This document shows positions 32,948 to 43,808 of a DNA stretch of 64,000 bases, piece after piece. The stretch covers positions 64,001-128,000 of the forward strand of contig JAWARQ010000003.1 in NCBI GenBank assembly GCA_038893355.1, read 5' to 3'. The notes beneath the pieces are model-generated. The model was given only the letters and a program-made list of their open reading frames with translations. It did no database searches and was not told where the DNA came from. A program made the translations under genes and the position numbers. This DNA is from Sulfolobaceae archaeon (GTDB taxonomy: Archaea > Thermoproteota > Thermoprotei_A > Sulfolobales > Sulfolobaceae). The stretch's first letter is position 1. Each line of letters begins with the position of its first letter.

Positions 32948-34867
32948 TCTTAAAATATCAAAAATTATTAAATTGTCGTATGGGCATGCTTCAATGCAAT
33001 TACCGCATCCTATGCATGTAACTCTATTTACATAACCCTTAGTAGAAGTATCGTAACTTACAGGTATTTTAACTGGGCAAGCATTATCGCAGCTCTTTAC
33101 GTCACATTTAGCACATACCTCTTTGTTTTTTGCTTTAACTTTAAATAATATTTTATTAAATAACCCTATAAAACTTCCAAATCCACACCAACCCTGCCTT
33201 ACACATGAGTAACTTCCAAAATACGGAGTTAAGAAGTAAAAGAACCACCATGCATAATTTAGGGTTAGCATTCCATAGAGCATTAATACGTCACTAGGAC
33301 CTAACTCTACATGTATAAAGATTGAAGTATTAGATAAATATATTCCAAATACTACAAATATAGGTATTATTGAAATTAACCTAATGTAATCCCAGACTTT
33401 ACTGCTTTTTCTAGCTCTAAATTGATCATAAAATGAATTATTATACATATGAGCTGCCATACATACTACCCCACAATATGCCCTTCTACCAAACATTATA
33501 CTTGCAACTATTATAGCAGCTATAGATGTTAGAAAAGGAATATATTCTACAGGAAATATCATTCCGCTCATACCAAATATATAGTAGGGTGTATAATTAG
33601 GGACTAAAACTGAAAATATAGGTACACCTAATATTACAGCCCATAATAGTGCCTTATTTGATTTATACCTTAATGACCTTAATTTGTCATAAACTAGGAA
33701 GGACATCTCAGAACCCATCATTATTAAGTAAAAGGGCGACATTGTAGTATACATTATTAGCATAAAAGATGCAAGAAATAATGAATAGGGTAAACTATTT
33801 GTTAACATTAAGGCAGAATTAAATTCATCTATAGTTACATCCCAAGGGTTAAACGGAAATATCCACCAAAAAGGATTAGAGAAATCTATCATCATTCCAT
33901 GATCATGAATGTGATACATGTTAGACATAACCATTTCAGTTGGTTGAGTAGTAACGTACCCAAGAACACTCTCACCGAATCCCATCGTAAGTTCTGCAAG
34001 ATTTACTAATATCATAAAAATAAAAATTTGTTTAAATTTTGGTATCAATTTTTTATCTGGCAATTTATATAATACTAGAACAAAATAAGAGAACATTGAA
34101 ATTATAGTAATTATAGATAAAATCGAAATATCATATGTAACGCTATATATTGCAAGACCTAACATCATAAGAAAATCAAATGATGCTAATGATAATGTTA
34201 AAATTTGGAAATCTAGGGAGAACATTCTTCTTGTATAAACTAAATAGAGTAGCACTATATTAATCGTCATTAATATTGACGCTATAACTGATGAAAAGAG
34301 TATTAAGTACTGATGATACGTGTAAAAAATGTTAGGCATAAATGCCATTGACGAGGCAAAAGTAAATAAAATCCAGTCCCTTATTCTCCTAACTTTAGAA
34401 ATAAGAAGGAAGAAAAGAGCATCTACAGCCATCATTACTCCAAAAGCTATATTACTTACAGCTGCCAAAATTGGGTTTAAATCAATAGGACCGAATGTTG
34501 TCGAAAAAGCATACCCCATAGCCATTTCATCAATAAGAATAGTAGCAGCCAATGTTAGGGAAGTAATTAAATCTTTTCGCCATTCCACCATTTCATCTTT
34601 TACCTTAGCTGAAAACACTAAGGGAATAATTGGTATAATTGATAAAGGTAGAATGTAGAGTATTGAAGTTTCTCTAAATATAGAAGAAATAAAAATTGAG
34701 ATTTCCACACTCATAAGTAAAATAATAAATGATAGTAAGAATACTGTTTTTCTTCTTATTATTGAAGTCCTAAATATTCTATAGATTAATAAGAATATTA
34801 CACTCATCATTGATACGATATATAGTAATATTAGCACTTGTATAAGATTCATAATAGAAAATATCAA
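32933..34867 (-). CDS. polytopic membrane protein with C-terminal 2x[4Fe-4S] domain (NapH/FoxG-like)
   Basis: Many TM helices; [21 protein letters not shown]....CDNACP and [12 protein letters not shown]. Confidence 0.8.
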   Translation of the reverse strand: MIFSIMNLIQVLILLYIVSMMSVIFLLIYRIFRTSIIRRKTVFLLSFIILLMSVEISIFISSIFRETSILYILPLSIIPIIPLVFSAKVKDEMVEWRKDLITSLTLAATILIDEMAMGYAFSTTFGPIDLNPILAAVSNIAFGVMMAVDALFFLLISKVRRIRDWILFTFASSMAFMPNIFYTYHQYLILFSSVIASILMTINIVLLYLVYTRRMFSLDFQILTLSLASFDFLMMLGLAIYSVTYDISILSIITIISMFSYFVLVLYKLPDKKLIPKFKQIFIFMILVNLAELTMGFGESVLGYVTTQPTEMVMSNMYHIHDHGMMIDFSNPFWWIFPFNPWDVTIDEFNSALMLTNSLPYSLFLASFMLIMYTTMSPFYLIMMGSEMSFLVYDKLRSLRYKSNKALLWAVILGVPIFSVLVPNYTPYYIFGMSGMIFPVEYIPFLTSIAAIIVASIMFGRRAYCGVVCMAAHMYNNSFYDQFRARKSSKVWDYIRLISIIPIFVVFGIYLSNTSIFIHVELGPSDVLMLYGMLTLNYAWWFFYFLTPYFGSYSCVRQGWCGFGSFIGLFNKILFKVKAKNKEVCAKCDVKSCDNACPVKIPVSYDTSTKGYVNRVTCIGCGNCIEACPYDNLIIFDILRLFRK

Positions 34868-34997
34868 TAGTGCTAAATAAAGTTTTATTTATATTCCTAG
34901 TAATAACATGATCTAAATTAATAAATATATTATTCTTCTTTATATAGCATTTTTAATTTCGGAAAACTCACTATTATTTTTAAAGTGGTAGTACAAT

Positions 34998-35186
34998 ATG
35001 GACGAAATTAACAGAATAAGACTTATAATAGAAAGTATAAAGGAGAGACTTCCTGATGATTGTGCATATTTACTGGATCAGATTTTTAAAGAAATTCTAA
35101 AAGATATGAAAAAATATGGTATAGAAATTACGGTTAAAAAGTGGTACGGGGAAGTAATAGACGAGAGTGAAATAGAAGTTATTTAA
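34998..35186 (+). CDS. small acidic hypothetical protein
   Basis: 62 aa; TTTTTAAA box and GTGG upstream. Confidence 0.55.
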   Translation: MDEINRIRLIIESIKERLPDDCAYLLDQIFKEILKDMKKYGIEITVKKWYGEVIDESEIEVI

Positions 35187-35874
35187 TGATTTCTATTACC
35201 TCTTGAGATGCTTCTTCTAAATCTTTATGACTATCTATACTTCTCCAGTAAGAATCTGGGAATTTAACCCCTTTAATTAATCCTTTTTCAGCAAGGATCG
35301 GAAATGTTAACCTTTCTAGATCTCCCTTATCTGGCAGGAACTCAAAAATTTTTGGTTTCATAAGATATACACCAGCATTAATCCAATACTCCTTTAATAT
35401 TGGTTTTTCAACGAATGAAATTACCTTAGAATTTTCATCTATTTTTACTATTCCATAAGGACTTCTTAATGGGACTAATGAAAGTTCAATAATAAAATCT
35501 TTCTCGTCTTCTTCTATCAGCTTTGAAACATTAATGTTCGTAATTATATCTCCATTAATAACTAGAAACTTATCTTCCCTTTCTAAAAAGTTCTTAGCTC
35601 TTTTTAATGCACCTCCAGTGCCTAATGGTTCATCTTCAAAGATAAATGCAAAATTAACGTCTAGCCTAGAAGAGTTTTTACTAACCCATTCTACTAGTTT
35701 CTCTTTTCTGTAACCAGCTAAAATTAAGAATGATGAGATCTCATACTTCTTTAACCATAGTATTTGCCATTCTAATATGGGTTTACCTCCAACTTCTATA
35801 AGAACTTTAGGCTTTTCATCAGTAATTGGCCTAAGTCGTTTGCCATATCCACCTGCAAGTATAACACAAAACAT
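35179..35874 (-). CDS. sugar-phosphate nucleotidyltransferase
   Basis: [11 protein letters not shown]....PK, EPLGTGG, NGD and EKP motifs. Confidence 0.9.
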   Translation of the reverse strand: MFCVILAGGYGKRLRPITDEKPKVLIEVGGKPILEWQILWLKKYEISSFLILAGYRKEKLVEWVSKNSSRLDVNFAFIFEDEPLGTGGALKRAKNFLEREDKFLVINGDIITNINVSKLIEEDEKDFIIELSLVPLRSPYGIVKIDENSKVISFVEKPILKEYWINAGVYLMKPKIFEFLPDKGDLERLTFPILAEKGLIKGVKFPDSYWRSIDSHKDLEEASQEVIEIIK

Positions 35875-35931
35875 AGTAGAGAATGTAAGAAAGTAAATAA
35901 TAAAATTATCTTTCTTTTTTATTCTAAGATA

Positions 35932-36033
35932 TGCGGGGGGTGGGATTTGAACCCACGCAGGCCTACGCCAGCGGGGCTCTTACCCTTAAAGGTCCTAAGC
36001 CCGCCCCCTTTGACCTAGCTCGGGCACCCCCGC
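35932..36033 (-). tRNA. tRNA-Leu(UAG) with 17-nt intron at 37/38 (35977-35993)
   Basis: GCGGGGGTGCCCGAGCTAGGTCAAAGGGGGCGGGCT-TAG-G^ACCTTTAAGGGTAAGAG^CCCCGC...GGTTCAAATCCCACCCCCCGCA; BHB central helix CUUA/UAAG. Confidence 0.96.
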
Positions 36034-36068
36034 ACTATCATATTTAAAATAGTAAGTTTAAAAAAGTA

Positions 36069-36335
36069 TTAGTCTTTAATCGTTTCCAATATCGATACAA
36101 TATTCCAGATAAAGATTCTGGTATGGGTTGGCATATTGGGATCCTGACTTATTTCCTCTAAAATTCCCACAGCATTTGCTGCCTTCACACCAGGGCTTGT
36201 ACTAGTATCTTGTAAATACCTAATTGCTTCAGTAGCAGCCCTTCTTATATTTCTAGGAACTGTCGTATCATTTATAATTCTCTGTAATAGAGTTATTACT
36301 TGTTTTATTTTAGCCTCGTTATCCTGAACCGACAT
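36069..36335 (-). CDS. UPF0147 family protein
   Basis: [14 protein letters not shown] and [13 protein letters not shown] motifs. Confidence 0.9.
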   Translation of the reverse strand: MSVQDNEAKIKQVITLLQRIINDTTVPRNIRRAATEAIRYLQDTSTSPGVKAANAVGILEEISQDPNMPTHTRIFIWNIVSILETIKD

Positions 36336-36392
36336 CTTACACTCACCACACTTATAACTCTCTAAGTATTAGATTTAAGTGGTAAATTTAAA

Positions 36393-36758
36393 ATGAGCAG
36401 TGAAAATGGGATTAAAAAAGCTGCTGAACTTTTAAAACAAGGAGCAATAATGCTTGAAATTGCTTGTCCTATATGTAATTATCCACTATTTAGAACTAAA
36501 AATGGTGAGGTATTGTGCCCAAATCATGGGAAAGTTTATATTGTTAAATCTGAAGAAGAAGAGAAACAGATTAAAAGTAATTATATACTAAACGAAGTTG
36601 AAGAAGTATTAATTCAGAGTTTATACGCTGTTACGGAAAAGTTAAGAAAAGATCCATCAGATCAAGATTCTATAAGGCAATTAGTTTATTACTTAGATGC
36701 AATAGAACGTTTGAAAAAAATTAGGAAAGAATATTTTTCCGTACAATCTCAAAAATAG
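36393..36758 (+). CDS. UPF0148 / SSSCA1-like zinc-ribbon protein
   Basis: [10 protein letters not shown]...CP.C..PLF....G...CP.H. Confidence 0.85.
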   Translation: MSSENGIKKAAELLKQGAIMLEIACPICNYPLFRTKNGEVLCPNHGKVYIVKSEEEEKQIKSNYILNEVEEVLIQSLYAVTEKLRKDPSDQDSIRQLVYYLDAIERLKKIRKEYFSVQSQK

Positions 36759-37290
36759 TCTTAATCACCTCATCTAGTGGTTTACTTGCATCAATAACAT
36801 GCATTTTAAATTCCTTTGCTAGTTCTAGATATATTTTCCTTACTTTGTACAATGAACTTAATTTTTCCTTATAATTAAAAATATCATTCTCCTTAATTCT
36901 GCCTAATGCAATTTTAGGATCTATATCTAATAGAAAAATTATATCAGGATTTGGAAATATTGAATTTACACACTTTAACCACTTAATATCGACTCCCATT
37001 GCACCTTGATAAGCTATTGTAGAGTAAAAATACCTATCCATTATTACAATGTCGTATACTTGATTTTTTAGCCAACTAATGTGAAGTGCGCGGTCTGCTG
37101 AAAACAGTAAAGCTAAAGCCACTGGATCCTTCCACTGAACCTTATTTATTAAGTCTATTATCTCTTGAGTAAATGGTTCACTAGTCAAAATTACCTTAAG
37201 ATTTTGATTTGACAATAACTCGTATAGCTTTCTTGCTACAGTAGTTTTCCCAGCACCGTCTATTCCTTCAATAACTATAGTTCGTGGCAT
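36721..37290 (-). CDS. tmk: thymidylate kinase
   Basis: [15 protein letters not shown] and DRYFYST.AYQG motifs. Confidence 0.93.
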   Translation of the reverse strand: MPRTIVIEGIDGAGKTTVARKLYELLSNQNLKVILTSEPFTQEIIDLINKVQWKDPVALALLFSADRALHISWLKNQVYDIVIMDRYFYSTIAYQGAMGVDIKWLKCVNSIFPNPDIIFLLDIDPKIALGRIKENDIFNYKEKLSSLYKVRKIYLELAKEFKMHVIDASKPLDEVIKTIFEIVRKNILS

Positions 37291-38384
37291 TTTCTCAACT
37301 TAACCCTCCTTTCTTCAAATTTATCATCTAATGCTATCTTTCCAGTTACTATCCCATCAAATTCCTCTATAGGTGAAAAAATCTTTACATGATTTTTATT
37401 AATCTCCTTAATTAGTCCAGCACCTATAGTCTTCCCTCCTCTTATTAAACCTACTATTAAGCCAATTAGCTCTGATCTGTCTATCATTATACCACTGCAT
37501 GGCTCTTCTAATGTTAATTGTACAGTCTCTCCCCATGCATCGAAGAGAATATCAGTAATACCAATTCCAAAAACTGATGAAGAAGGTATTGAAACTTCTT
37601 TACTATCTTTAAAATAGTTCATATAAAGATTCCTTCTTCTCATCTTCCTTCTTTCCCTACTTCTCCCTTCTACTACACTAGGTTTTTTAGGGACTATAAT
37701 CTTCTGATTATATTTATCTATAAAATATTTCTTTAATTCGTTATCTAAAATTATTATATAATCTGGATTTATATAATTTAATAATGATAACTTGTGCAGA
37801 TATGCTCTATAACCCCTTACCCAACCATCAGTATCAATAATATTTAAGTTACTCCTATTTCTCTCATATAAGATTCTTAATAAATTCACATGAAGTTGGG
37901 GATTGGTAGAAGGAGTTATATCACCTAAAAATTCAATATCACTTACTCCTCTACTTGAGATGTTAAGTGTCTTTAAAGAGCTTTTAGATAATGCTATAAA
38001 GGTAGGGATGAATAAGGAAGATTGACCCACATCGCCATCAAGTATAACTACTTCGTTTTTATAACAATTTGCTATTAAATTTGAAAAATAAGTTTTACCT
38101 GAATCTATATTTCCTAAAATTACTACAGTACCCCCTGTTGCAGAAATCATTTCGGCTATTTTGTGCCAATTCGTTACATTTTTTGTCTTATCTAAAATAT
38201 TACAATCTAAGAGTATTTTAGATACGTTGTCTATGGTATAAATTGTAAAGGAGTTATCATATGGAATGTTAATTTCGTCTAATATTTTTAAACCTTGTAT
38301 GAATACGTTTCCTTCTATAACCTTAATGCTGCAAGGACCTTTTACTATTATTTCCTCATCTTTACTAAACTCTACATAACTCAT
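37275..38384 (-). CDS. Clp1/Grc3-family polynucleotide 5'-OH kinase
   Basis: GNIDSGKT, DGDVGQ, DTDGW and RSRERR..RR lid motifs. Confidence 0.85.
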   Translation of the reverse strand: MSYVEFSKDEEIIVKGPCSIKVIEGNVFIQGLKILDEINIPYDNSFTIYTIDNVSKILLDCNILDKTKNVTNWHKIAEMISATGGTVVILGNIDSGKTYFSNLIANCYKNEVVILDGDVGQSSLFIPTFIALSKSSLKTLNISSRGVSDIEFLGDITPSTNPQLHVNLLRILYERNRSNLNIIDTDGWVRGYRAYLHKLSLLNYINPDYIIILDNELKKYFIDKYNQKIIVPKKPSVVEGRSRERRKMRRRNLYMNYFKDSKEVSIPSSSVFGIGITDILFDAWGETVQLTLEEPCSGIMIDRSELIGLIVGLIRGGKTIGAGLIKEINKNHVKIFSPIEEFDGIVTGKIALDDKFEERRVKLRKCHEL

Positions 38385-38923
38385 AACATTGCACTTAAAG
38401 CTATCTTAACTGCTGCTCTAATATCTTCATCTTTAATCGTAATATAAGGATTAAAGCTACTAGTTCTTTTCTCGTCAACTAATTTAACATTATCACCATA
38501 TTTTTCCTTAATTAATTTATATACAATATCTCCATAAATATTACCATTTCCTACACCTATCTTAAGTTTTTTATAATTAAATAAATCTATTATATCTTTA
38601 ATTTTGTCTAATATTTTTTCGAAATTTGTTTTTTGGATTAGTACTATATTACCATCAGCCATAACTACTAATATTATATCGCTCAAAGTATTAACATCAA
38701 TACCTACGAGAAGCTCATTAAAATATTCCTTCCCGAATATTAATGATAAAATCTTACCTAATTTTGATTTTAACTCATTATTATTGTTTAATTTTATTTG
38801 GCCATAATTTGTAACAATATCTATTTTATCTAAAATCCATTTAAGATTATATTCTTCTATTAATCTTAGGAAACTTTTAAAAACCTTTACGTCAGTAACT
38901 TCAACACTAACTCTTTTATTCAC
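38381..38923 (-). CDS. YqgF/RNase H-fold-like protein
   Basis: VGID, IGVGNG, VDEKRTS and D..AA motifs in YqgF order. Confidence 0.6.
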   Translation of the reverse strand: MNKRVSVEVTDVKVFKSFLRLIEEYNLKWILDKIDIVTNYGQIKLNNNNELKSKLGKILSLIFGKEYFNELLVGIDVNTLSDIILVVMADGNIVLIQKTNFEKILDKIKDIIDLFNYKKLKIGVGNGNIYGDIVYKLIKEKYGDNVKLVDEKRTSSFNPYITIKDEDIRAAVKIALSAML

Positions 38924-38954
38924 ATTTATAACTATTTTTTAAGGAATTTAAGGC

Positions 38955-39485
38955 TTGAAGGTCTCAGAATTTGTATTCACGGGCAATAATTCTCTAATTT
39001 CAATATGTGGCACTAGTGGGTCAGGCAAAACTTCAATCTCTCTACAAATCATAAAGGAGCTTAAATCTGGAGTATATTTTTCACCTAGTCTACAAAATTT
39101 CTATGGTAGGGTAGAGAAAATAATATTTGGACCAAATATTAAATTCAGCATAGCTTATACTACTATTCATTTAATTAATGGCATAATAAAATCAATATCT
39201 GATGTTAATAGTCCTAAAATACTCGTGGTTGATCCAATTAACAGATATTATAGACAAACTAGAAATGAAGTGGATATCATTCTTCCATTAAATCTGCTTA
39301 AAAGGATTGCAGAAATAATTAAAGTAGTAATAACTTGGGATATGCCATTAGACAAAAGAATAGAATCAAGGTTATTATGGAAGTATTCTGATGAAGTTTT
39401 TTTCCTTAGAAATAATTATATATTTGGTCGAAATAAAAAATGCAAATATAGTATAGGCTATTATGGTGTCGAAATTTGTACGTAG
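38955..39485 (+). CDS. short RecA/RadB-like P-loop ATPase
   Basis: Walker A GTSGSGKT and Walker B ILVVD. Confidence 0.7.
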   Translation: MKVSEFVFTGNNSLISICGTSGSGKTSISLQIIKELKSGVYFSPSLQNFYGRVEKIIFGPNIKFSIAYTTIHLINGIIKSISDVNSPKILVVDPINRYYRQTRNEVDIILPLNLLKRIAEIIKVVITWDMPLDKRIESRLLWKYSDEVFFLRNNYIFGRNKKCKYSIGYYGVEICT

Positions 39486-39979
39486 TATATAATGAAATAG
39501 TAACAACGATATTAATCTATCTCCCTGCATTTGCAGCAAATGGAGGTGCAGTATTTGTAAGTAAGGGTACTCCGATAGATTTTAGAAAGAATTTTATCGA
39601 CAATAAAAGAATCTTGGGAGACGGTAAGACTTTTGAAGGTCTTTTATTATCATTGACGTTTGGAACTAGTGTGGGTGTAATTATTGCTAGGTTTTTAGGT
39701 ACTGATTTTATAATTATATCAGCTGTAGAATCTTTATTTGCAATGTTAGGTGATATGTTAGGTGCATTTATAAAGAGAAGATTAGGACTTCCAAGAGGTT
39801 ATAGAGTACTTGTTCTAGATCAATTAGATTTTGTGTTTGGTGCTACTATTGGCCTTTTAATCATGGGGGTAAACCTAAGTATTTTAGGCATAGGAATAGT
39901 AGGTATAATTTCTTTTGCATTACACATAGTAACTAATTACATTGCATATAAGCTAAGAATTAAAAATGTACCTTGGTAA
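39476..39979 (+). CDS. carS: CDP-archaeol synthase
   Basis: P.F.AN, PIDF, GDGKT.EG, GD..G.FIKRR and LDQLDF motifs. Confidence 0.92.
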   Translation: MYVVYNEIVTTILIYLPAFAANGGAVFVSKGTPIDFRKNFIDNKRILGDGKTFEGLLLSLTFGTSVGVIIARFLGTDFIIISAVESLFAMLGDMLGAFIKRRLGLPRGYRVLVLDQLDFVFGATIGLLIMGVNLSILGIGIVGIISFALHIVTNYIAYKLRIKNVPW

Positions 39980-39988
39980 ATATAAATA

Positions 39989-40348
39989 ATGAGCAAAAAG
40001 AGAAATGTCTCAAAAATTGAGAAAGATTATATAAATATTTTAAATTCATATTTAATTATAGTATTAATTGTTGTTGTTGGAATTGGTATTCTAGGAGCAA
40101 TTGCACTACCATATTACCTTTCGCCGATAACAAGATCGCAAGGATATCTTGCAATTAATAGTAATTTAATTTACTTTATACCATCACTTATAGCAATACT
40201 ACTCCTACTATGGGGTGTAAGCATTTTAGAAGAAAAGGAAACTAATATTGGACTGGGTATTATATTATTTTCAATTATAATAATTTTAATAATAGTATGG
40301 TCTATAAACGGAATTTCAAGCGTTAAAGTTATATTTAATATTACATAA
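39989..40348 (+). CDS. hypothetical membrane protein
   Basis: Three hydrophobic segments; co-oriented with carS. Confidence 0.65.
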   Translation: MSKKRNVSKIEKDYINILNSYLIIVLIVVVGIGILGAIALPYYLSPITRSQGYLAINSNLIYFIPSLIAILLLLWGVSILEEKETNIGLGIILFSIIIILIIVWSINGISSVKVIFNIT

Positions 40349-40358
40349 GTGGTGAATA

Positions 40359-40586
40359 ATGGAGTTCACAAAGATTAGATTATCTAGCGGAAGAGAAGTC
40401 GTAATAGATGAAAATACCATAAAGATCCTTAACAAATATGTGAGGACTGAAATGACGTTAGAAAAATTAGCAAAAGAGTTAGGCTTAACTGGATGGGAGG
40501 AAGCTTATGAACTAATAAAACTAGTACCTGCATATCTAATGTGGACACCATTACCATTACTAAAAAGAAAGATTCAAATACAATAA
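40359..40586 (+). CDS. small HTH-like hypothetical protein
   Basis: MTLEKLAKELGL; GGTGA SD upstream. Confidence 0.7.
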   Translation: MEFTKIRLSSGREVVIDENTIKILNKYVRTEMTLEKLAKELGLTGWEEAYELIKLVPAYLMWTPLPLLKRKIQIQ

Positions 40587-40631
40587 ATTCATTTCTATAT
40601 AATAACTTAATATTAAAATAAAAATTTTGTT

Positions 40632-42689
40632 TTATACTTTCTTGTAGCAATCTGTACGTACTTCATAAATTAATCCACTCTTTCTCATTTCAACTAATAA
40701 TCTATCCAGAGAACTTCTATCAATACCATTACTTTCAGCCTCCTTAGTAATATCTTTAACTCTAGCACACTCTCCATTACTCGTTAAGGTTTCTATTATT
40801 TCAAGTAGCTTAGCCATTTTCTCTCTAGTACTTTTAGGCTTTCCAGTCATTATAGTATCAATATCTACTTTACCAGATTCTACATCAATTCCTACCTTCT
40901 CTAAAAATATCCTCATAATATTTATAGCCCTCTCAGCATCTTCTCTCGTAACTTCTTGCCTTAGAGCCATCCTAGCATAGGCCTCACTAAGCCTTATTAA
41001 AGCCTCTAATTGTCTCGGTGTAATAAGAATTGGAGAATCGGGAGTTTCTGAACTTCTCTTTCTCATTTCAACAAAGAATTCAGCAAGAAGTTTCTTTGCT
41101 TCCGAAGTAAGTTTCGGAACTACATATTTTCTAGCATAGGCAATATATTTTTTAAGGAGATCGGGCTGAATTACATCTTTAATTACTTTACCACCATGAA
41201 AATCTAGAATATGAGATGCCAAATTAATGTCCTCTTCCCCTGGCCTGTCAATTAAGATAAATATTAGATCAAACCTAGATAGAATAGTTGGTGGAAGATT
41301 TATATTATCTGAAACTGATCTCTCTGTAATATATCTACCTAATTTAGGATTACCAGCAGCTATTATAGTTGCCCTAGCATTTAATTTAGCAACTATTCCT
41401 GCCTTAGCTATTGATACTGTCTGTTGTTCCATTGCTTCATGAATTGCTACCCTATCTTCTTCTCTCATTTTATCTATTTCATCAATAATAGCAACACCAC
41501 CGTCAGCTAGTACTAGAGCACCTGCTTCAAGATAATAGTCTCCCGTACCCTTTTCTCTGACTACTGCAGCAGTTAATCCTGCTGCAGTTGAACCTTTACC
41601 AGTAGTATAAACACTTCTTGGTGCTATTTTTGCTGCAAACTGCAACATTTGAGACTTTGCAGTACCTGGGTCACCTATAATTAAAACATGTATATCTCCC
41701 CTTATTCTAGTCCCATCTGGCATTTGTTTAGGAACACCACCAAAAAGTGCAAGTGCTATAGCCTCTTTCACTTCCCAATGACCATATATTGAAGGTGCTA
41801 TTGAAGATATAATTCTCTCTCTTATCCAAGGATCTTTTGCTAATTCCTTTATCTTCTGCTCGTCCTCATCTGAAATTATTACCTCATCTAAAACTTTTTG
41901 TGAAACTTCAACAGAATTAACTCTTAGTTGTACATCAAATATTGCTCTACTCCCTCTTCTAACTGGAGAATCATGCTTTATCTCAAGTATCCCATAAACT
42001 TTAACTCTATCACCAGGCCGTACTTGATCTACTAAATCATCCTCCAATATTGCTTCAATTTGCCTTGGAAGTTGACCTGGAGGTAATTCCTCTGGCCTTT
42101 CTTGAATTACAGCTTTTTGCCAATCCTTTAGCTTCGATTTATCCGTAATAAGTTTAAACTGACCTGCTTTACCACATATTGGACAACTAGTTGGTGCTTC
42201 TAATATGTCACCCATTTCTCCTTCTATAGGCCATTCAAATTCTCCGTTACATTCTAGATTAAGATGCTTAAATTTTGCCTTATATATTCTTTGTTTTACA
42301 GGCGTAACTCTTACCACTATTCCTTCTATTCCAATTAACTTACCTATATCATCACTTCTAATCTTTCTTAATTCTACAATTTTAGGTAAATTAATAATTC
42401 TTATGTGAATTTTATCTATCTCTTCTAATGTTGGTTCTCTCTCTTTAATATAATTCGTAAGCCTCTCTTCCAGTAATGGTAATATTTCTTTAGGATTATT
42501 TACTACTCTTGTTGCAAGTTCTTGATTAAAAGAATAGAGGTCATTAAAATCTATAATTATACTTTTTTTCCTATAAGCTATAATATCATTTATCTGAATT
42601 ATATATTTCAATCTTTTTTTATCATCAGTAAAAGTATTTATAAATTCTATAAACTCCTCATCAAGTAGCTGAGATTCCAAATATTTCAC
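40632..42689 (-). CDS. mcm: replicative helicase MCM (no intein)
   Basis: GDPGTAKSQ, IDEIDKM and SRFD motifs; Zn finger; C-terminal wH domain. Confidence 0.97.
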   Translation of the reverse strand: MKYLESQLLDEEFIEFINTFTDDKKRLKYIIQINDIIAYRKKSIIIDFNDLYSFNQELATRVVNNPKEILPLLEERLTNYIKEREPTLEEIDKIHIRIINLPKIVELRKIRSDDIGKLIGIEGIVVRVTPVKQRIYKAKFKHLNLECNGEFEWPIEGEMGDILEAPTSCPICGKAGQFKLITDKSKLKDWQKAVIQERPEELPPGQLPRQIEAILEDDLVDQVRPGDRVKVYGILEIKHDSPVRRGSRAIFDVQLRVNSVEVSQKVLDEVIISDEDEQKIKELAKDPWIRERIISSIAPSIYGHWEVKEAIALALFGGVPKQMPDGTRIRGDIHVLIIGDPGTAKSQMLQFAAKIAPRSVYTTGKGSTAAGLTAAVVREKGTGDYYLEAGALVLADGGVAIIDEIDKMREEDRVAIHEAMEQQTVSIAKAGIVAKLNARATIIAAGNPKLGRYITERSVSDNINLPPTILSRFDLIFILIDRPGEEDINLASHILDFHGGKVIKDVIQPDLLKKYIAYARKYVVPKLTSEAKKLLAEFFVEMRKRSSETPDSPILITPRQLEALIRLSEAYARMALRQEVTREDAERAINIMRIFLEKVGIDVESGKVDIDTIMTGKPKSTREKMAKLLEIIETLTSNGECARVKDITKEAESNGIDRSSLDRLLVEMRKSGLIYEVRTDCYKKV

Positions 42690-43218
42690 CGTATATTGAT
42701 CTAATTAAGTCTTTTATCGAATAATAAATTAAAAGTTCTTCTTCCGTCATATTTGATATGAATGACTGATCATTAGTTTCTAGTAACGCTAATCGTATTA
42801 TCTTTTGTAACCTAATACTTATTATTTCTTCTGCCCTACTTCTAGTCTTTCTAATTTGATCTAGGACTTCTAACCCCTTATTACTATCCCTAGAAAGTTC
42901 TTTTAGCTGTTCCTTAATTTTCATATAAAAGTCTTTGGGTATTTTCGCTAATACTGCGGGTTTATTAATATTTTCTCTTTCTTGGAATAGAATTCTTCCT
43001 AGCTCCTCTAATGTCAGCTCAGATAATTTTTTCACAATACCTCTTTTTTCGAGTTCAAGAGCCAACCAATTTGGCAGCTCGTCTTCGCTACCCCTTACTA
43101 AGGATATAGAAGACTCGCAAAATTCTACAGGCCCCCAGTCCTCTATTACTTCTACCCTCTGCTTCGATAACTTATATATCGCCCTTATTGCCCTTAATTT
43201 TAAATTGATTGTTACCAT
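42661..43218 (-). CDS. gins23: GINS subunit Gins23
   Basis: LP.WLA..L B-domain first, then IP.DFY and RLQKI; directly upstream of mcm. Confidence 0.88.
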   Translation of the reverse strand: MVTINLKLRAIRAIYKLSKQRVEVIEDWGPVEFCESSISLVRGSEDELPNWLALELEKRGIVKKLSELTLEELGRILFQERENINKPAVLAKIPKDFYMKIKEQLKELSRDSNKGLEVLDQIRKTRSRAEEIISIRLQKIIRLALLETNDQSFISNMTEEELLIYYSIKDLIRSIYGEIFGISAT

Positions 43219-43258
43219 ACAATCAATTAATTATATTTTATTACCTATACTTTAAACT

Positions 43259-43753
43259 GTGTCTGCTCCTAAACTTATAGTTACTGCTAAACCAGGGAAG
43301 ACTAGAAAATGTATAACTGAGATATTAAATGTGTTATTAAAACATGATCAAAACTCTAGTGTTGAAGAAGTAGTTAGTAACGTATTAATAGTGAATTCCT
43401 CTCTAGACGCTAATTTAGTTTATGGGATAATAATTTCACGACCGCCTAGTTGTATGAATAATATTTACCCTATTCATTTAATATTAGATTCTAATTCGGA
43501 AAAAACAATTATTAACTCTATTAAAGAATATTTTTTAAATAACTTTAAAGAAATTAAAAATATTTATTGTAGATGTTATGCTAGAAATGTTAAAGTAGAT
43601 TGTAGAGTTGTAGAAATAGGAGTTGGTATTGCTTTAAAAGATAATGTTATAATAAACTATAAAAAACCTGATATTATAATAATTGTAAATATAGTTCCAA
43701 ATCGTACTTTTATCTCCTTTATAAGAAAGGGGCAAGAAAAAGTTTCGGTTTAG
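43259..43753 (+). CDS. THUMP-domain protein
   Basis: C..R, E..VG and I.YK.PD.II.V THUMP-like pattern. Confidence 0.7.
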   Translation: MSAPKLIVTAKPGKTRKCITEILNVLLKHDQNSSVEEVVSNVLIVNSSLDANLVYGIIISRPPSCMNNIYPIHLILDSNSEKTIINSIKEYFLNNFKEIKNIYCRCYARNVKVDCRVVEIGVGIALKDNVIINYKKPDIIIIVNIVPNRTFISFIRKGQEKVSV

Positions 43754-43773
43754 TCTCTGGATAAGTTATATAA
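43741..43773 (+). promoter_or_regulatory. candidate ANTTTC DNA-damage element and TATA box upstream of orc1-2
   Basis: AGTTTC at 43741-43746, then AAG-TTATATAA ending at 43773. Confidence 0.45.
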
Positions 43774-43808
43774 TATTACCAATAAAGTTTAAGGTAGGGG
43801 CAAAAGTA

